Positions 27,939-36,918 of a DNA stretch of 64,000 nt are shown piece after piece. Each line of letters starts with the position of its first letter. Within the stretch, counting starts at the first letter, position 1. The stretch covers positions 40,321 to 104,320 of the forward strand of contig JACPGI010000004.1 of assembly GCA_016182565.1 (NCBI GenBank), written 5' to 3'. The stretch is from a candidate division WWE3 bacterium (GTDB lineage Bacteria; Patescibacteriota; WWE3; UBA101185; UBA10185). Under the pieces are notes generated by a model. That model was not told the origin of the DNA, made no database searches, and worked only from the letters and a program-made list of their open reading frames with translations. The position numbers and the translations under genes are program-made.

Positions 27939-29180
27939 TTATGCGTCGAAAGAATAATGTATTTTGTTAAAAGTTTTATTTACGCTAATTATTTGATCTT
28001 TTACATCTTCTCCATTTAAGGATTTTGAAACAAGTTCTGCTAAGCTTTCGACATCTGTCTCCTTTAATCCGCGTCTTGTAAGTTCCTGTGTACCTATTCT
28101 TACAAAAAGTCTTCCCCCAAGTGGGTTGTCAAAGTTTGTTGAGATATTATTTGCAAGTAGGTTCTTGTACAGTTTAAAGGGGTCCCCCATTTTATCTATA
28201 AAAACATGAAATTGGTGATTATTTGAGTATTCTCCATTGTTAGCTTTTCGGACTTCAAAGCCTAAATCCACAAATTTTTTGGCCATGGCCCTTGAGTTAG
28301 CAATTATTTGTTTAGCATAATCTTTGCCAAATTCTTTCATCTCAAGTATTGCAATTGATAATGCGATTAAATGAGTCATATGGGGAGTTGAATATAAACA
28401 ACCATCAATTATTGTGTTAGCACTTTCGGCCAGATCAGTGTCTCTAAATGCAATCATGCCTTTGTGAGGGCCGGGCAATGTTTTGTGTGTATTCGCACAT
28501 GTCACATTTGCTCCCTCAAGAAGTGGTGCTTGGAATTGCTGTCCCATGATAAGACCCATTGTATGACTTGCGTCAAAGATAATTGTTATATCTTCCCCCA
28601 CAGCTTGTCTTATTTCCTTTAAATTATGTGGATTAAGATAATATGAGACATCCAAATAAATTGCCTTTGCACCAGTTTCCTTTACCTTTTTAGCTATTGC
28701 TTCTGTGTCAAATCTTAGGTTTTCAAGATCAAAAGTTACATAATTGTGTTTTCTTCCCACTCTTTCTAGAATACCTTTAGTAGCAAAGTGCCCTCCGGCA
28801 TCCTTTGGGACAGTTAAGACTACTTCTCCTGGTTCTGTGACAGATAAAATTGCAGACATCATTGCATGTACTCCGGATAGTACATTTAGGTTCACTGCCT
28901 TTGCAAAAAGCATTTCTTTTGCAGCCTCTGTTGCCAGGTTAAGAAGTTCTTCCACACTTTTAAATCCCAGCCCCATAAATGCCCCAGCCTCAGCTATAGC
29001 ATTGTTATTTCCGCCTCCAAAATAGTACCTGTCAGAAATACTAGACCCAATAAATCTTCTTGCAGTGTTTGAGATTCTATTTTCATTGGCAGTTAGATGA
29101 ATAAAACTATCATTTCGAACTATATCTTTTTCTATGTTATTTAATTGGTTGTGAATTTCCATAATGTATAAATTGTACAC
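27939..29180 (-). CDS. serine hydroxymethyltransferase-family PLP-dependent enzyme (divergent)
   Basis: LTANEN (cf. ASENF), DRYYFGGG (cf. KRYYGG), GGHFATKG, DASHTMGL, PLP-lysine motif NTHKTLPGPHKG (cf. TTHKTLRGPRGG). Confidence 0.7.
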   Translation of the reverse strand: MYNLYIMEIHNQLNNIEKDIVRNDSFIHLTANENRISNTARRFIGSSISDRYYFGGGNNNAIAEAGAFMGLGFKSVEELLNLATEAAKEMLFAKAVNLNVLSGVHAMMSAILSVTEPGEVVLTVPKDAGGHFATKGILERVGRKHNYVTFDLENLRFDTEAIAKKVKETGAKAIYLDVSYYLNPHNLKEIRQAVGEDITIIFDASHTMGLIMGQQFQAPLLEGANVTCANTHKTLPGPHKGMIAFRDTDLAESANTIIDGCLYSTPHMTHLIALSIAILEMKEFGKDYAKQIIANSRAMAKKFVDLGFEVRKANNGEYSNNHQFHVFIDKMGDPFKLYKNLLANNISTNFDNPLGGRLFVRIGTQELTRRGLKETDVESLAELVSKSLNGEDVKDQIISVNKTFNKIHYSFDA

Positions 29181-29245
29181 CCACCATCAAGATCTGGTAG
29201 ATTTTTGGTGGATATAGATTATAAGTTTCAAATTGAGGATGTGTT

Positions 29246-29989
29246 TTAAACTTTTTTTGCTACAGTAAATTTCTCGTGCAGGATGTTTTCTCTTGGGACA
29301 CCTTTTTCGATTAATATTTGTGCCATATCCATAATCATTAAAGGGTGACCGCAAAGAACAAAAAGCGTATTTAGCGCATCTTTTACTTCCACATTTTTTG
29401 TTACTCTTCCGGTAAGTATTCTTGGATTTTTTATTTCATTTACAGTAGGTGTGCTTGAATAACAAAGTTTATAATCGAAATGTTCAAGTCTTTTTGTGTA
29501 GTCTTCCAATAAATCAATCTTAAGAAGTTCTTGTGTGTTTCTTATTCCAAAATATAGTGTTAGCTCAAGTTTGCATTTGTTTAAACTAAGTTCTTCAAGC
29601 ATCGACAGTATTGGAGCAATTCCGGTGCCAGTGACGACAAATACAAGATTTTTGTTAAGTGGGGTTGGCAAGCAAAACCTACCTGATGGACCTATAAATT
29701 CCACAGTGTCCCCTATACTTAGCCCATTTATAAAATTTGATCCGGCGCCGTCATGGGCATTTTCAACAAGAAGAGAAATTTTTGAAGCTTTGCTTTTTGA
29801 AGATGCTATTGAGTATGATCTAAATATTCCCTTACCTACACTTAAGGAGACAAATTGTCCAGAAATAAACTTGAAATCAGGGGGTGATATTACTTCTAAA
29901 ATAATTTCGACAACCCTTTGGTTTAATTGGTCTTTTTTAAGCAGTTTTGCAGTATATTTTTTGGGTAATAGGAAACTGTATGGTGTCAA
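29246..29989 (-). CDS. FAD/NAD(P)-binding oxidoreductase (ferredoxin-NADP+ reductase-like module)
   Basis: FAD motif RSYSIASS (RxYS), NAD(P) motif GTGIAPILSML; TTG start overlapping the stop of the upstream gene. Confidence 0.75.
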   Translation of the reverse strand: MTPYSFLLPKKYTAKLLKKDQLNQRVVEIILEVISPPDFKFISGQFVSLSVGKGIFRSYSIASSKSKASKISLLVENAHDGAGSNFINGLSIGDTVEFIGPSGRFCLPTPLNKNLVFVVTGTGIAPILSMLEELSLNKCKLELTLYFGIRNTQELLKIDLLEDYTKRLEHFDYKLCYSSTPTVNEIKNPRILTGRVTKNVEVKDALNTLFVLCGHPLMIMDMAQILIEKGVPRENILHEKFTVAKKV

Positions 29990-30930
29990 TTTATTTTTGC
30001 CCTTTCAACATGATTAATCAGTGGTAAATCTAAGTTTGTACTTTCTTGTGGCTGATTGACACCGGATTTTATTGTACTTGTGCTTACCGAAGCTATGAAA
30101 TATTTTTTACCAAAAATTCTAAGCATCAATAGACTTACTACAGAAACAACTGAGGTAACGTATATTGTAATCATCCAAGTCTCTTTTGAATCAGATCCTG
30201 ACATGATCCCATGAAAAAGAAATGTTAAATAAAATAGAAAACTTGAATAGTGTATTGCTCGCCATACTTTTAAAGGAACGATTTTTTTTCTAAGTCTTGA
30301 AGTTACAACTAGAACAAATGAAAGATACATGGCTATTATACCAAGTGATATAGGTAACCCAAGCTTCCAACCCACAGCAGATTTTATATCCCCTCCTACA
30401 GCAAATGGAACTAATATTTCATGTAGTTTTAGTTTTACGATGTCATCAAACATAAAAGAAACAAAATGAATAACAAGAAGTGTGAGAGCAATAAAGGATG
30501 CGTTAAAGCTATGTGCTTCAAGGGCATTTGGAGCACTAAGGAATGGAAACTTGAGAAGTAGTTTTGATGTCATCAAAAGTCCCATACAAATGACCAATGT
30601 AAACATGATAAAAGATGCAATTCCAGCAGTTTTTCCCACATACCACATAATATGGGCATCTTTTTGAAGTGTCGGAGCCATTGCTGCTGATTTATATACT
30701 TTTAAAATGCTTGAGGAGTTGTCATTTGGATTTGTAGTTGCGTCTTTGTCGCTATCCTCACTGTTAATATTTGTTTTGTAAGTTTTTTTCTCTTGTTCAG
30801 TGTGGACTACCGCGATAAACGAACCAATAGTGGTAAATACTGCAAAAAGAAATAGTAGTAGTTTTAGTTTTTTCATATGCTTAAATGTGTTTAGATAGCT
30901 AAAGTGCGATTTCGTTACCATTTTCATCAA
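29986..30930 (-). CDS. ferric-reductase-like transmembrane di-heme domain protein with N-terminal anchor and low-complexity linker
   Basis: Two His pairs in TM helices spaced 14 and 13 residues (HSFNASFIALTLLVIH; HYSSFLFYLTFLFH), the bis-heme ligand pattern of FRD/NOX domains. Confidence 0.6.
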   Translation of the reverse strand: MMKMVTKSHFSYLNTFKHMKKLKLLLFLFAVFTTIGSFIAVVHTEQEKKTYKTNINSEDSDKDATTNPNDNSSSILKVYKSAAMAPTLQKDAHIMWYVGKTAGIASFIMFTLVICMGLLMTSKLLLKFPFLSAPNALEAHSFNASFIALTLLVIHFVSFMFDDIVKLKLHEILVPFAVGGDIKSAVGWKLGLPISLGIIAMYLSFVLVVTSRLRKKIVPLKVWRAIHYSSFLFYLTFLFHGIMSGSDSKETWMITIYVTSVVSVVSLLMLRIFGKKYFIASVSTSTIKSGVNQPQESTNLDLPLINHVERAKIN

Positions 30931-31135
30931 GGAGTTTAATTGCTTGTGTTGGGCAAGACTTAGCTGCTTGAATTAACTCCTCATCTGTATGGTCTAATAC
31001 TGTAGAAAGCGCTTCAACGACTCCATCTTTGTCCAATACAAATGCCTTAGGGGCTATAACCACACAAGTTGCGGCTCCGATGCATGCATTTTTATCTATT
31101 GCAACTTTATAAACTTTACGGGTGGTTTCAGTCAC
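30899..31135 (-). CDS. small ferredoxin
   Basis: 78 aa; CIGAATC ... C(SCPTQAI) cluster-ligand pattern of single-cluster Fe-S ferredoxins. Confidence 0.7.
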   Translation of the reverse strand: MTETTRKVYKVAIDKNACIGAATCVVIAPKAFVLDKDGVVEALSTVLDHTDEELIQAAKSCPTQAIKLLDENGNEIAL

Positions 31136-31227
31136 ATGGTTATTTTACCAAAAATTGGTTGGGGGTGTTTTCCGGGTTTTTCAAAAATTAATATAGTTAA
31201 ATATGGAGAATTAGGTATCATTAATGT

Positions 31228-32802
31228 ATGGTACTTCAACAGGGTTTAGCCCCTACCTCTAGTAATATCAACAATTCGGAGTTGGGATTTGTTCCGGCAA
31301 TTTCTACACCAGATTTAGCCAAAAGGTCATCACAATTTGAAAAGCTCGAATCAATTCGAGAATTTATAGTATTTCCACACACTGCAAAAAATGATCCCAC
31401 GGAGATTTTCGCTGTTTCTGAGGAATCTGCAATATTTGTCCATGCACTGATAGCAAATCATAAAGAGTCTGCCAAGCATATAGAGTTGGCTTTCGAGTGT
31501 GTTGCTAAATTATACGAGGATGAGAGCCTAAAGCCTTATTTTGAATCCCCAAGTTTTTCTGGCTACCTTAGATTCTTGGAAGCGTTGGATGAGAAGTTTT
31601 TAGACAACACAAACCCTACCCAACCAGGAAGCTTAAAAGCTGAGGATGATCCGTTTACAAACCATACAGTACGCTTTGCAAAACACTTATTCACTGTAGC
31701 CTATGTTAAGAAGTTAATAGCGGGCTCTAGTGATAAAAATCCGAATTCATTGGAAGTTTTAAAGATTATGCTTAGTGAAACTTTAATGACATATTGTGAA
31801 ATCCAAGAGTTATTAGAAGACTCTATAAGTAATAAAACCCAAGAATTAAATAGACTAGGTAAAGGTAAAGTTTTATCGGTAGAAGTAAATCAAGATAACG
31901 CTCAAAAATTACTAGCCAGAAGTATGAACGTGGTTTCCACAATTGGTATGTATTTTTTCAAAGATCCCAGAACTAATATGGAAATGGAGGGAATATTTGC
32001 AGGTATTCGTCAGTATTATTTAGATCGAGCTGAGTCAAAAAAAGAAAACACCACACATTTAAATGATAAGAAAAAAAGAAGCTTAAATATGTTTGAAAAG
32101 ACTGAGGTTGGGGTAAGGTCTGAAATACTTGCATTTGGTTTTCTAACCGAGATTACAAAGACTTTAAATGCTAGATTAGTGCAGTCTAATGGTGAGGTGG
32201 TAGATATAAAACAAGATGCTTATGATGATTTTTTGCTAGAGGCCAATAAATTCTTGAAAGCTAACCCAAAACGCTTTTTTGTCATGCACAGCTCACCTGA
32301 GCTTGATTACCGTGGTGTAGCAGATTTATGTATTGCAGCCGAGATAGATGATGGTGTTAATAAGGTGATTCTTCTTTCTGAAGTAAAAGTTGAAGATATT
32401 GTAGAAAAAGATAGAACTATATTATTAGCTACAGGTACACATCCAATGCCAAGAAATAAAGCGGGCAAAGGGAGGCGCCCTCCTGAAGTACTTTCAAATG
32501 GACAAAGAATTTGGAAGGATATTCCAGAGGCGGTGGCTTGGTATGTTGACGAAACACTTAGTTCAGTTGCTTCAATCAGAATTGCAAAAGATTTAGTATC
32601 AGATGGCACTATAACAAACCGTGTGGAAGGTTTAGTTAGGATAGGTGGATATTCACATACAGCAGCGCTAAAAAATTTAAGAGGGGTAGTTTCCCCATCT
32701 GACAATAGAAACGAAGAGAAAGCTAAAGTTGAAGAAACTAAATTAACAATGACTAAAATCCTTACTCAATTACTTAAACACCAGACATTAGCGAGGGGTT
32801 AG
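31228..32802 (+). CDS. large hypothetical cytoplasmic protein (524 aa), no recognised domain
   Basis: Long uninterrupted ORF in AT-rich DNA; no TM or signal; no motif recognised. Confidence 0.55.
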   Translation: MVLQQGLAPTSSNINNSELGFVPAISTPDLAKRSSQFEKLESIREFIVFPHTAKNDPTEIFAVSEESAIFVHALIANHKESAKHIELAFECVAKLYEDESLKPYFESPSFSGYLRFLEALDEKFLDNTNPTQPGSLKAEDDPFTNHTVRFAKHLFTVAYVKKLIAGSSDKNPNSLEVLKIMLSETLMTYCEIQELLEDSISNKTQELNRLGKGKVLSVEVNQDNAQKLLARSMNVVSTIGMYFFKDPRTNMEMEGIFAGIRQYYLDRAESKKENTTHLNDKKKRSLNMFEKTEVGVRSEILAFGFLTEITKTLNARLVQSNGEVVDIKQDAYDDFLLEANKFLKANPKRFFVMHSSPELDYRGVADLCIAAEIDDGVNKVILLSEVKVEDIVEKDRTILLATGTHPMPRNKAGKGRRPPEVLSNGQRIWKDIPEAVAWYVDETLSSVASIRIAKDLVSDGTITNRVEGLVRIGGYSHTAALKNLRGVVSPSDNRNEEKAKVEETKLTMTKILTQLLKHQTLARG

Positions 32803-32929
32803 AAGTATAGTATCTTACTTTTGTTGTACTACGTGATAACTCATAAACCCTGTAATCATTTTCAAGTAGTTTTTCACAAATATGTTTTCCAAGCCCATAA
32901 CTTGATCCAGTGACAAGTACATTTAGCAT
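32774..32929 (-). pseudogene. remnant of an SDR-family gene (N-terminal 52 codons only)
   Basis: MLNVLVTGSSYGLGKHICEKLLENDYRVYELSRS = SDR Rossmann TGxxxGxG start, then stop; overlaps 3' end of 31228-32802. Confidence 0.3.
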
Positions 32930-33030
32930 AATTTGATTTTATCACTTAAGGATAATATGTCCCAAATTTTTTTAAATTCGGGACATATCTTGGGTGTTGG
33001 GCTTTTGGTGAACGTTTGGTTTTTGATGTT

Positions 33031-33300
33031 TCAATTGATACTAGCAATGAGTTTTGCCAATATCACTATTTCTTCTGTCATGTTATCTACCAAACTCCTC
33101 ATCTGGTTTTCCAAAGCTTTTTTTGCCAGCTCTTTTTGTTTTGGCGTGAGCTGTCTTAGTATTGCTTCGACGTCTTTGGCATCAAATACCCTGCCACCAG
33201 CTAGATTTTTACTAGCCTCGGGAATAAGCTTTTCTTTTTCCCATCTTAGAAGGGTCGATTTACTAACACCAATTATTTTACAAACATAGTGTGTTTTCAT
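33031..33300 (-). CDS. MerR/excisionase-type HTH DNA-binding protein
   Basis: YVCKIIGVSKSTLLRWEKEKLI HTH_17-like helix-turn-helix; 89 aa. Confidence 0.65.
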   Translation of the reverse strand: MKTHYVCKIIGVSKSTLLRWEKEKLIPEASKNLAGGRVFDAKDVEAILRQLTPKQKELAKKALENQMRSLVDNMTEEIVILAKLIASIN

Positions 33301-33353
33301 GTGAGCCTCAATCTTATTTTGATTTTGGCCTCATTTTTTTACGTGTGGCAGCC

Positions 33354-33368
33354 TCACTGGTCCAGTGA
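33354..33368. promoter_or_regulatory. perfect 7-1-7 inverted repeat TCACTGG-T-CCAGTGA upstream of the MerR-like gene (candidate operator)
   Basis: Palindrome ~55 nt upstream of the minus-strand HTH gene start. Confidence 0.3.
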
Positions 33369-33557
33369 CGTACACCTTTTTTGTTTATTTTGCCTCCAAA
33401 TCTGAGTTAGTTTGAGTTTGTTTTCAAAAATGTATCGTTATATGATGTTTCTGTCAATTTTTAGTTATTTAACTTCAAATACTAAGTGCAGATACCAAAA
33501 CTACTATTAGTGGAAGGTTAGTCAATTAACCAAACACACAAATGTTAAAATTAAGTT

Positions 33558-34628
33558 ATGCCAAAATGGGTTAAATTTCTCGCTTTGTTTATGCTGCTTG
33601 TTGTGACCAGTATAGTTTCTTTCTTTTTAATTCCAAAAGATAAGCCAAATACAAATACAGCAGTTGAATTACTTGAAGTTCCTAAAGATTTATCAGATAT
33701 CCAGCCAAATATTGGTATAGAATATTTAAGAAATTTAAAGGTGGACTCTGAGGCACCAGAGATTGTGCAAGAATTGCCTAACGGCCCAAATTATAAAAGA
33801 TACATTGCAAGCTACATCAGTGAGGGAAATAAAATTTATGGACTTTTGACTGTTCCAAATGCGGCTCCTCCAGAAAATGGTTTTGGTGCAATTATCTTTG
33901 TACATGGCTATATCCCACCAAAACAATACAAAACCACAGAAAAATATACTGCTTATGTAGATTATTTAGCACGAAACAATTTTGTTGTTTTTAAAATTGA
34001 CCTTCGTGGTAATGGCGACTCAGAAGGTGCTCCTACTGGATCTTATTTTTCTCCTGATTACACAATTGATATAATAAGTGCGGCCAAAAGCCTTTCAAAA
34101 CTAAATATTGCTCCAGTAAATAAAATAGGAGTTTGGGGTCACAGCATGGCAGGCAATGCAATTTTGCGTGCAATGCTTGTAGATAGTGTATTTAAAGCAG
34201 GAGTTATATGGGCTGGGGCAGTTTATAGCTATGAAGATTTTTCTAAATATAGATTAAATGATTCTTCTTATGTTCGAGGCCAAACTGATCCACATTATGA
34301 TTCCAGTAATTTAACAAATAATTATGCACCAGAAATTGTTAAGTTAAGGACAAAACCAGACGAAGTAGATTTTAATGATAAATTCTGGAGCTTAATTTCT
34401 TTGACAAAAAACATAAAATATTTAGTGGCACCAGTCCAAATTCATCATGCTATAGATGACTCTGTTGTTAACATTGGTTATTCTAAGGACTTAGTAAAAA
34501 CTTTAAGTGGCAATAATAAGACCTATGAGTTTTATGAATATGATGGTGGAGGACACAACATAAATTCCCCCTATTTTGAACAGGCTATGGAAAGAACTAT
34601 AGAGTTTTTTAAAAGAAATTTAAAATAA
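33558..34628 (+). CDS. alpha/beta hydrolase (S9/dienelactone-hydrolase-like), membrane-anchored
   Basis: GHSMAGN nucleophile elbow (GxSxG), N-terminal TM helix, C-terminal D/H positions. Confidence 0.7.
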   Translation: MPKWVKFLALFMLLVVTSIVSFFLIPKDKPNTNTAVELLEVPKDLSDIQPNIGIEYLRNLKVDSEAPEIVQELPNGPNYKRYIASYISEGNKIYGLLTVPNAAPPENGFGAIIFVHGYIPPKQYKTTEKYTAYVDYLARNNFVVFKIDLRGNGDSEGAPTGSYFSPDYTIDIISAAKSLSKLNIAPVNKIGVWGHSMAGNAILRAMLVDSVFKAGVIWAGAVYSYEDFSKYRLNDSSYVRGQTDPHYDSSNLTNNYAPEIVKLRTKPDEVDFNDKFWSLISLTKNIKYLVAPVQIHHAIDDSVVNIGYSKDLVKTLSGNNKTYEFYEYDGGGHNINSPYFEQAMERTIEFFKRNLK

Positions 34629-34682
34629 AGAGGTTTTTTTCTGAAGTAGAAAAATTACTAACTAGATCCTATGTAATTTACG

Positions 34683-35519
34683 CTATTTGATTTTTACCGC
34701 AATGCCGTACTGGTTAAATGGTTTTCCAAAACCGGACACATCTTTCCAATTTCGCATAAAATTTGAGGCATTTACAAATCTTATACCATAACCCTTTGGG
34801 TTTATTCCAAATTCAGCAAGCTGCTCTGGTGTGTAATCAATATCTCTTGTCTCTACTGAATCATACATAAGTTCTGCTTCAGTTTTGGGTGTCTCCTCGT
34901 TTATATCTTTACCCATGTGCATACCATAAACACTATTTTCATTTGATAGTCTTTGATAATAATGAAACATTGGGTCAACGACTATAAAGTGTTTTTTACC
35001 ATTTATCATTACTTTTCCGCATACAATTAAATAATGCCCATCTTCATTTACATCTCTTTCATGACCATAATTTGGGATTGTTTGTACAGGGCAAATCACT
35101 ACATATCCATTCTCTAGCATCTCGTCTAAAAAAGCTTCAGATTTTCTATTAGTTTGTTCCGTGGGGTTTTCTACAGAGTCCTTTATATAAGTCTCAACAT
35201 TATATTTAGTAAGAATACCTTCTATTACTTCCGGTGGGGTGACAAGTCCAGCTAGTGATCTTCTCTCTTCTTTAGGTCTTATACTTTTAATATCATCTAT
35301 AACCTCGTTTATTATTTTGATTTGGTTTACATCTTTTCCTAACGTTTTTAGTACATCACATAGTACTGCAGGGCCACAGCTATAACTTTTTTCTTGTTCT
35401 TCACTATGGACCTCAATAAATATAGAGTTTGAATCTTTTTCCAATGAATTGATGAAGTGATTTGAAGTCTCAAAATTTTTATTTTCTGTCATGGGACAAT
35501 TGTACAACAGTTTTTGCAT
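34683..35519 (-). CDS. papain-fold C39-like cysteine peptidase domain protein
   Basis: Catalytic Cys in YSCGPAVL, His in GHYLIVCG, Asp in VVDP; paralog of 44700-45476; AAGGGTGA SD. Confidence 0.55.
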   Translation of the reverse strand: MQKLLYNCPMTENKNFETSNHFINSLEKDSNSIFIEVHSEEQEKSYSCGPAVLCDVLKTLGKDVNQIKIINEVIDDIKSIRPKEERRSLAGLVTPPEVIEGILTKYNVETYIKDSVENPTEQTNRKSEAFLDEMLENGYVVICPVQTIPNYGHERDVNEDGHYLIVCGKVMINGKKHFIVVDPMFHYYQRLSNENSVYGMHMGKDINEETPKTEAELMYDSVETRDIDYTPEQLAEFGINPKGYGIRFVNASNFMRNWKDVSGFGKPFNQYGIAVKIK

Positions 35520-35605
35520 TCAAGTCACCCTTGTTACTATAAGTTATGTTATAATAACGAGCAAAAGGAGACCAACATGGTAAAAAAGCAGAGCCAAAAA
35601 AGTCT

Positions 35606-35749
35606 ATGAAAAAGACTTGGGAAAATCGGTTTAAAGAGCTAAAGAAAAGACATTCTACAGGTAAACTTTCTGATTTAGGTTATTCTGCACTAAAATACCG
35701 CCTTAATGAACGATACCGACGATGGAAGATGTACAATGGTTTATTCTAA
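35606..35749 (+). CDS. tiny basic ORF (47 aa) preceded by a 10-codon ORF with strong SD; speculative
   Basis: AAAGGAGA-6-ATG(35577) MVKKQSQKSL, stop overlaps ATG 35606 (ATGA); below ORF-track size cutoff. Confidence 0.2.
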   Translation: MKKTWENRFKELKKRHSTGKLSDLGYSALKYRLNERYRRWKMYNGLF

Positions 35750-35912
35750 AAGCTTCAAATAACTTAAATGCATAGCTGAAATTTTTCGACTATGCCATTT
35801 GTTTAAAATTTAAAAAAAATACTAAGTTTATTTTAATATTGTTCTTTCATATATAAATTATCGAAACATAAAAATATCAGAAAGCGATCAACTAGTTAAA
35901 AACAAAATCTAG

Positions 35913-36860
35913 CTATTTAGCAATTACTGTAAGTAGGTATACAAAATAAATTCCAATTAGTAATACACCAATAAATTTTGGAATATATTTTCCCTTTAAG
36001 AAATGTACAATAAAAAACAATACAATGGCTGAAGATATAAACCAAATCCAATCAAAACTTTCTAAGTAAGTGTAATTAGTAAATAAGTAAGAAATACCCC
36101 CAATAAATGTGATGTTATATATGTTGCTTCCCAATATATTTCCCATTGTAAGTTTTTCATCTTTATTATTTTGGCTAAATAGTGTAGTTGATAGTTCAGG
36201 TAGTGATGTAGCTACTGCTGTCAAGCAAAGGCCTAAAACTGTTGTGGAATAGCCAAGTATGGCTGAGAGACTTTCCACAGAATTTACTATTACAAACCCA
36301 CCTAAAGTTATACCTATTACTGCTACAAGCAACAGTATTAAGTCTTTTGTCGAAAAATTTGTTTTTTGATTTTGAAATTTAGATATTAAGGAAAAATCCT
36401 CGTGATTTTGACCATCTATTCCCCAGCGATATTCTATTATTGTAACAAGTATCCCAAAGGTTATTAGGATAATTCCTGCAATAAACGAGTTCATTGGGAT
36501 AAAATGCAGCAGCGTGTAAAGTGCAGTAACTGTTATTAACAAATACGTAGTTTTAGGAGTTTTTGTTGTGCCTATTCCTAATTTTCCAAACATTATTCCA
36601 ACTGCAAGTACTAGAAGTATATTAGTGATATTAGACCCGATTATATTTCCCAGTGCCAAACCGTAATCACCTTTAATTGAGGCTATGGTTGAGACAACAA
36701 GTTCAGGTAAAGATGTTCCAATAGCAACTATTGTTATTCCAATAATTAAGGGTGATAAATGTATCTTGTGAGCTAATTGCTGAGATTTATCGACAAGCGC
36801 CTTTGTAGAAATAAGTAAAACAGTTAATCCAAATAGAAATAGAGCCAATGTTAGAAACAT
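35913..36860 (-). CDS. CaCA-family sodium/calcium exchanger membrane protein (YrbG-like)
   Basis: Two alpha-repeat signatures GNIIGSNITNILLVLAVG and GNILGSNIYNITFIGG; ~10 TM helices. Confidence 0.8.
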   Translation of the reverse strand: MFLTLALFLFGLTVLLISTKALVDKSQQLAHKIHLSPLIIGITIVAIGTSLPELVVSTIASIKGDYGLALGNIIGSNITNILLVLAVGIMFGKLGIGTTKTPKTTYLLITVTALYTLLHFIPMNSFIAGIILITFGILVTIIEYRWGIDGQNHEDFSLISKFQNQKTNFSTKDLILLLVAVIGITLGGFVIVNSVESLSAILGYSTTVLGLCLTAVATSLPELSTTLFSQNNKDEKLTMGNILGSNIYNITFIGGISYLFTNYTYLESFDWIWFISSAIVLFFIVHFLKGKYIPKFIGVLLIGIYFVYLLTVIAK

Positions 36861-36918
36861 AGTAACTAAATTATACGTTATCTAAAAAGGTTTTTTATAA
36901 GATGTGTGAACTATTTAT

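Noticed and set aside
29986-29989. Calling FRD and FNR genes a confirmed single fused NOX gene
   Set aside because: As assembled, the frames differ and an in-frame stop (TGA at 30005-30007 in the FNR frame) precludes read-through; fusion requires a 1-nt indel, so reported as two genes with a caveat
32933-33289. + strand ORF 32933..33289
   Set aside because: Antisense to the well-supported MerR-type HTH gene; hydrophobic low-complexity product
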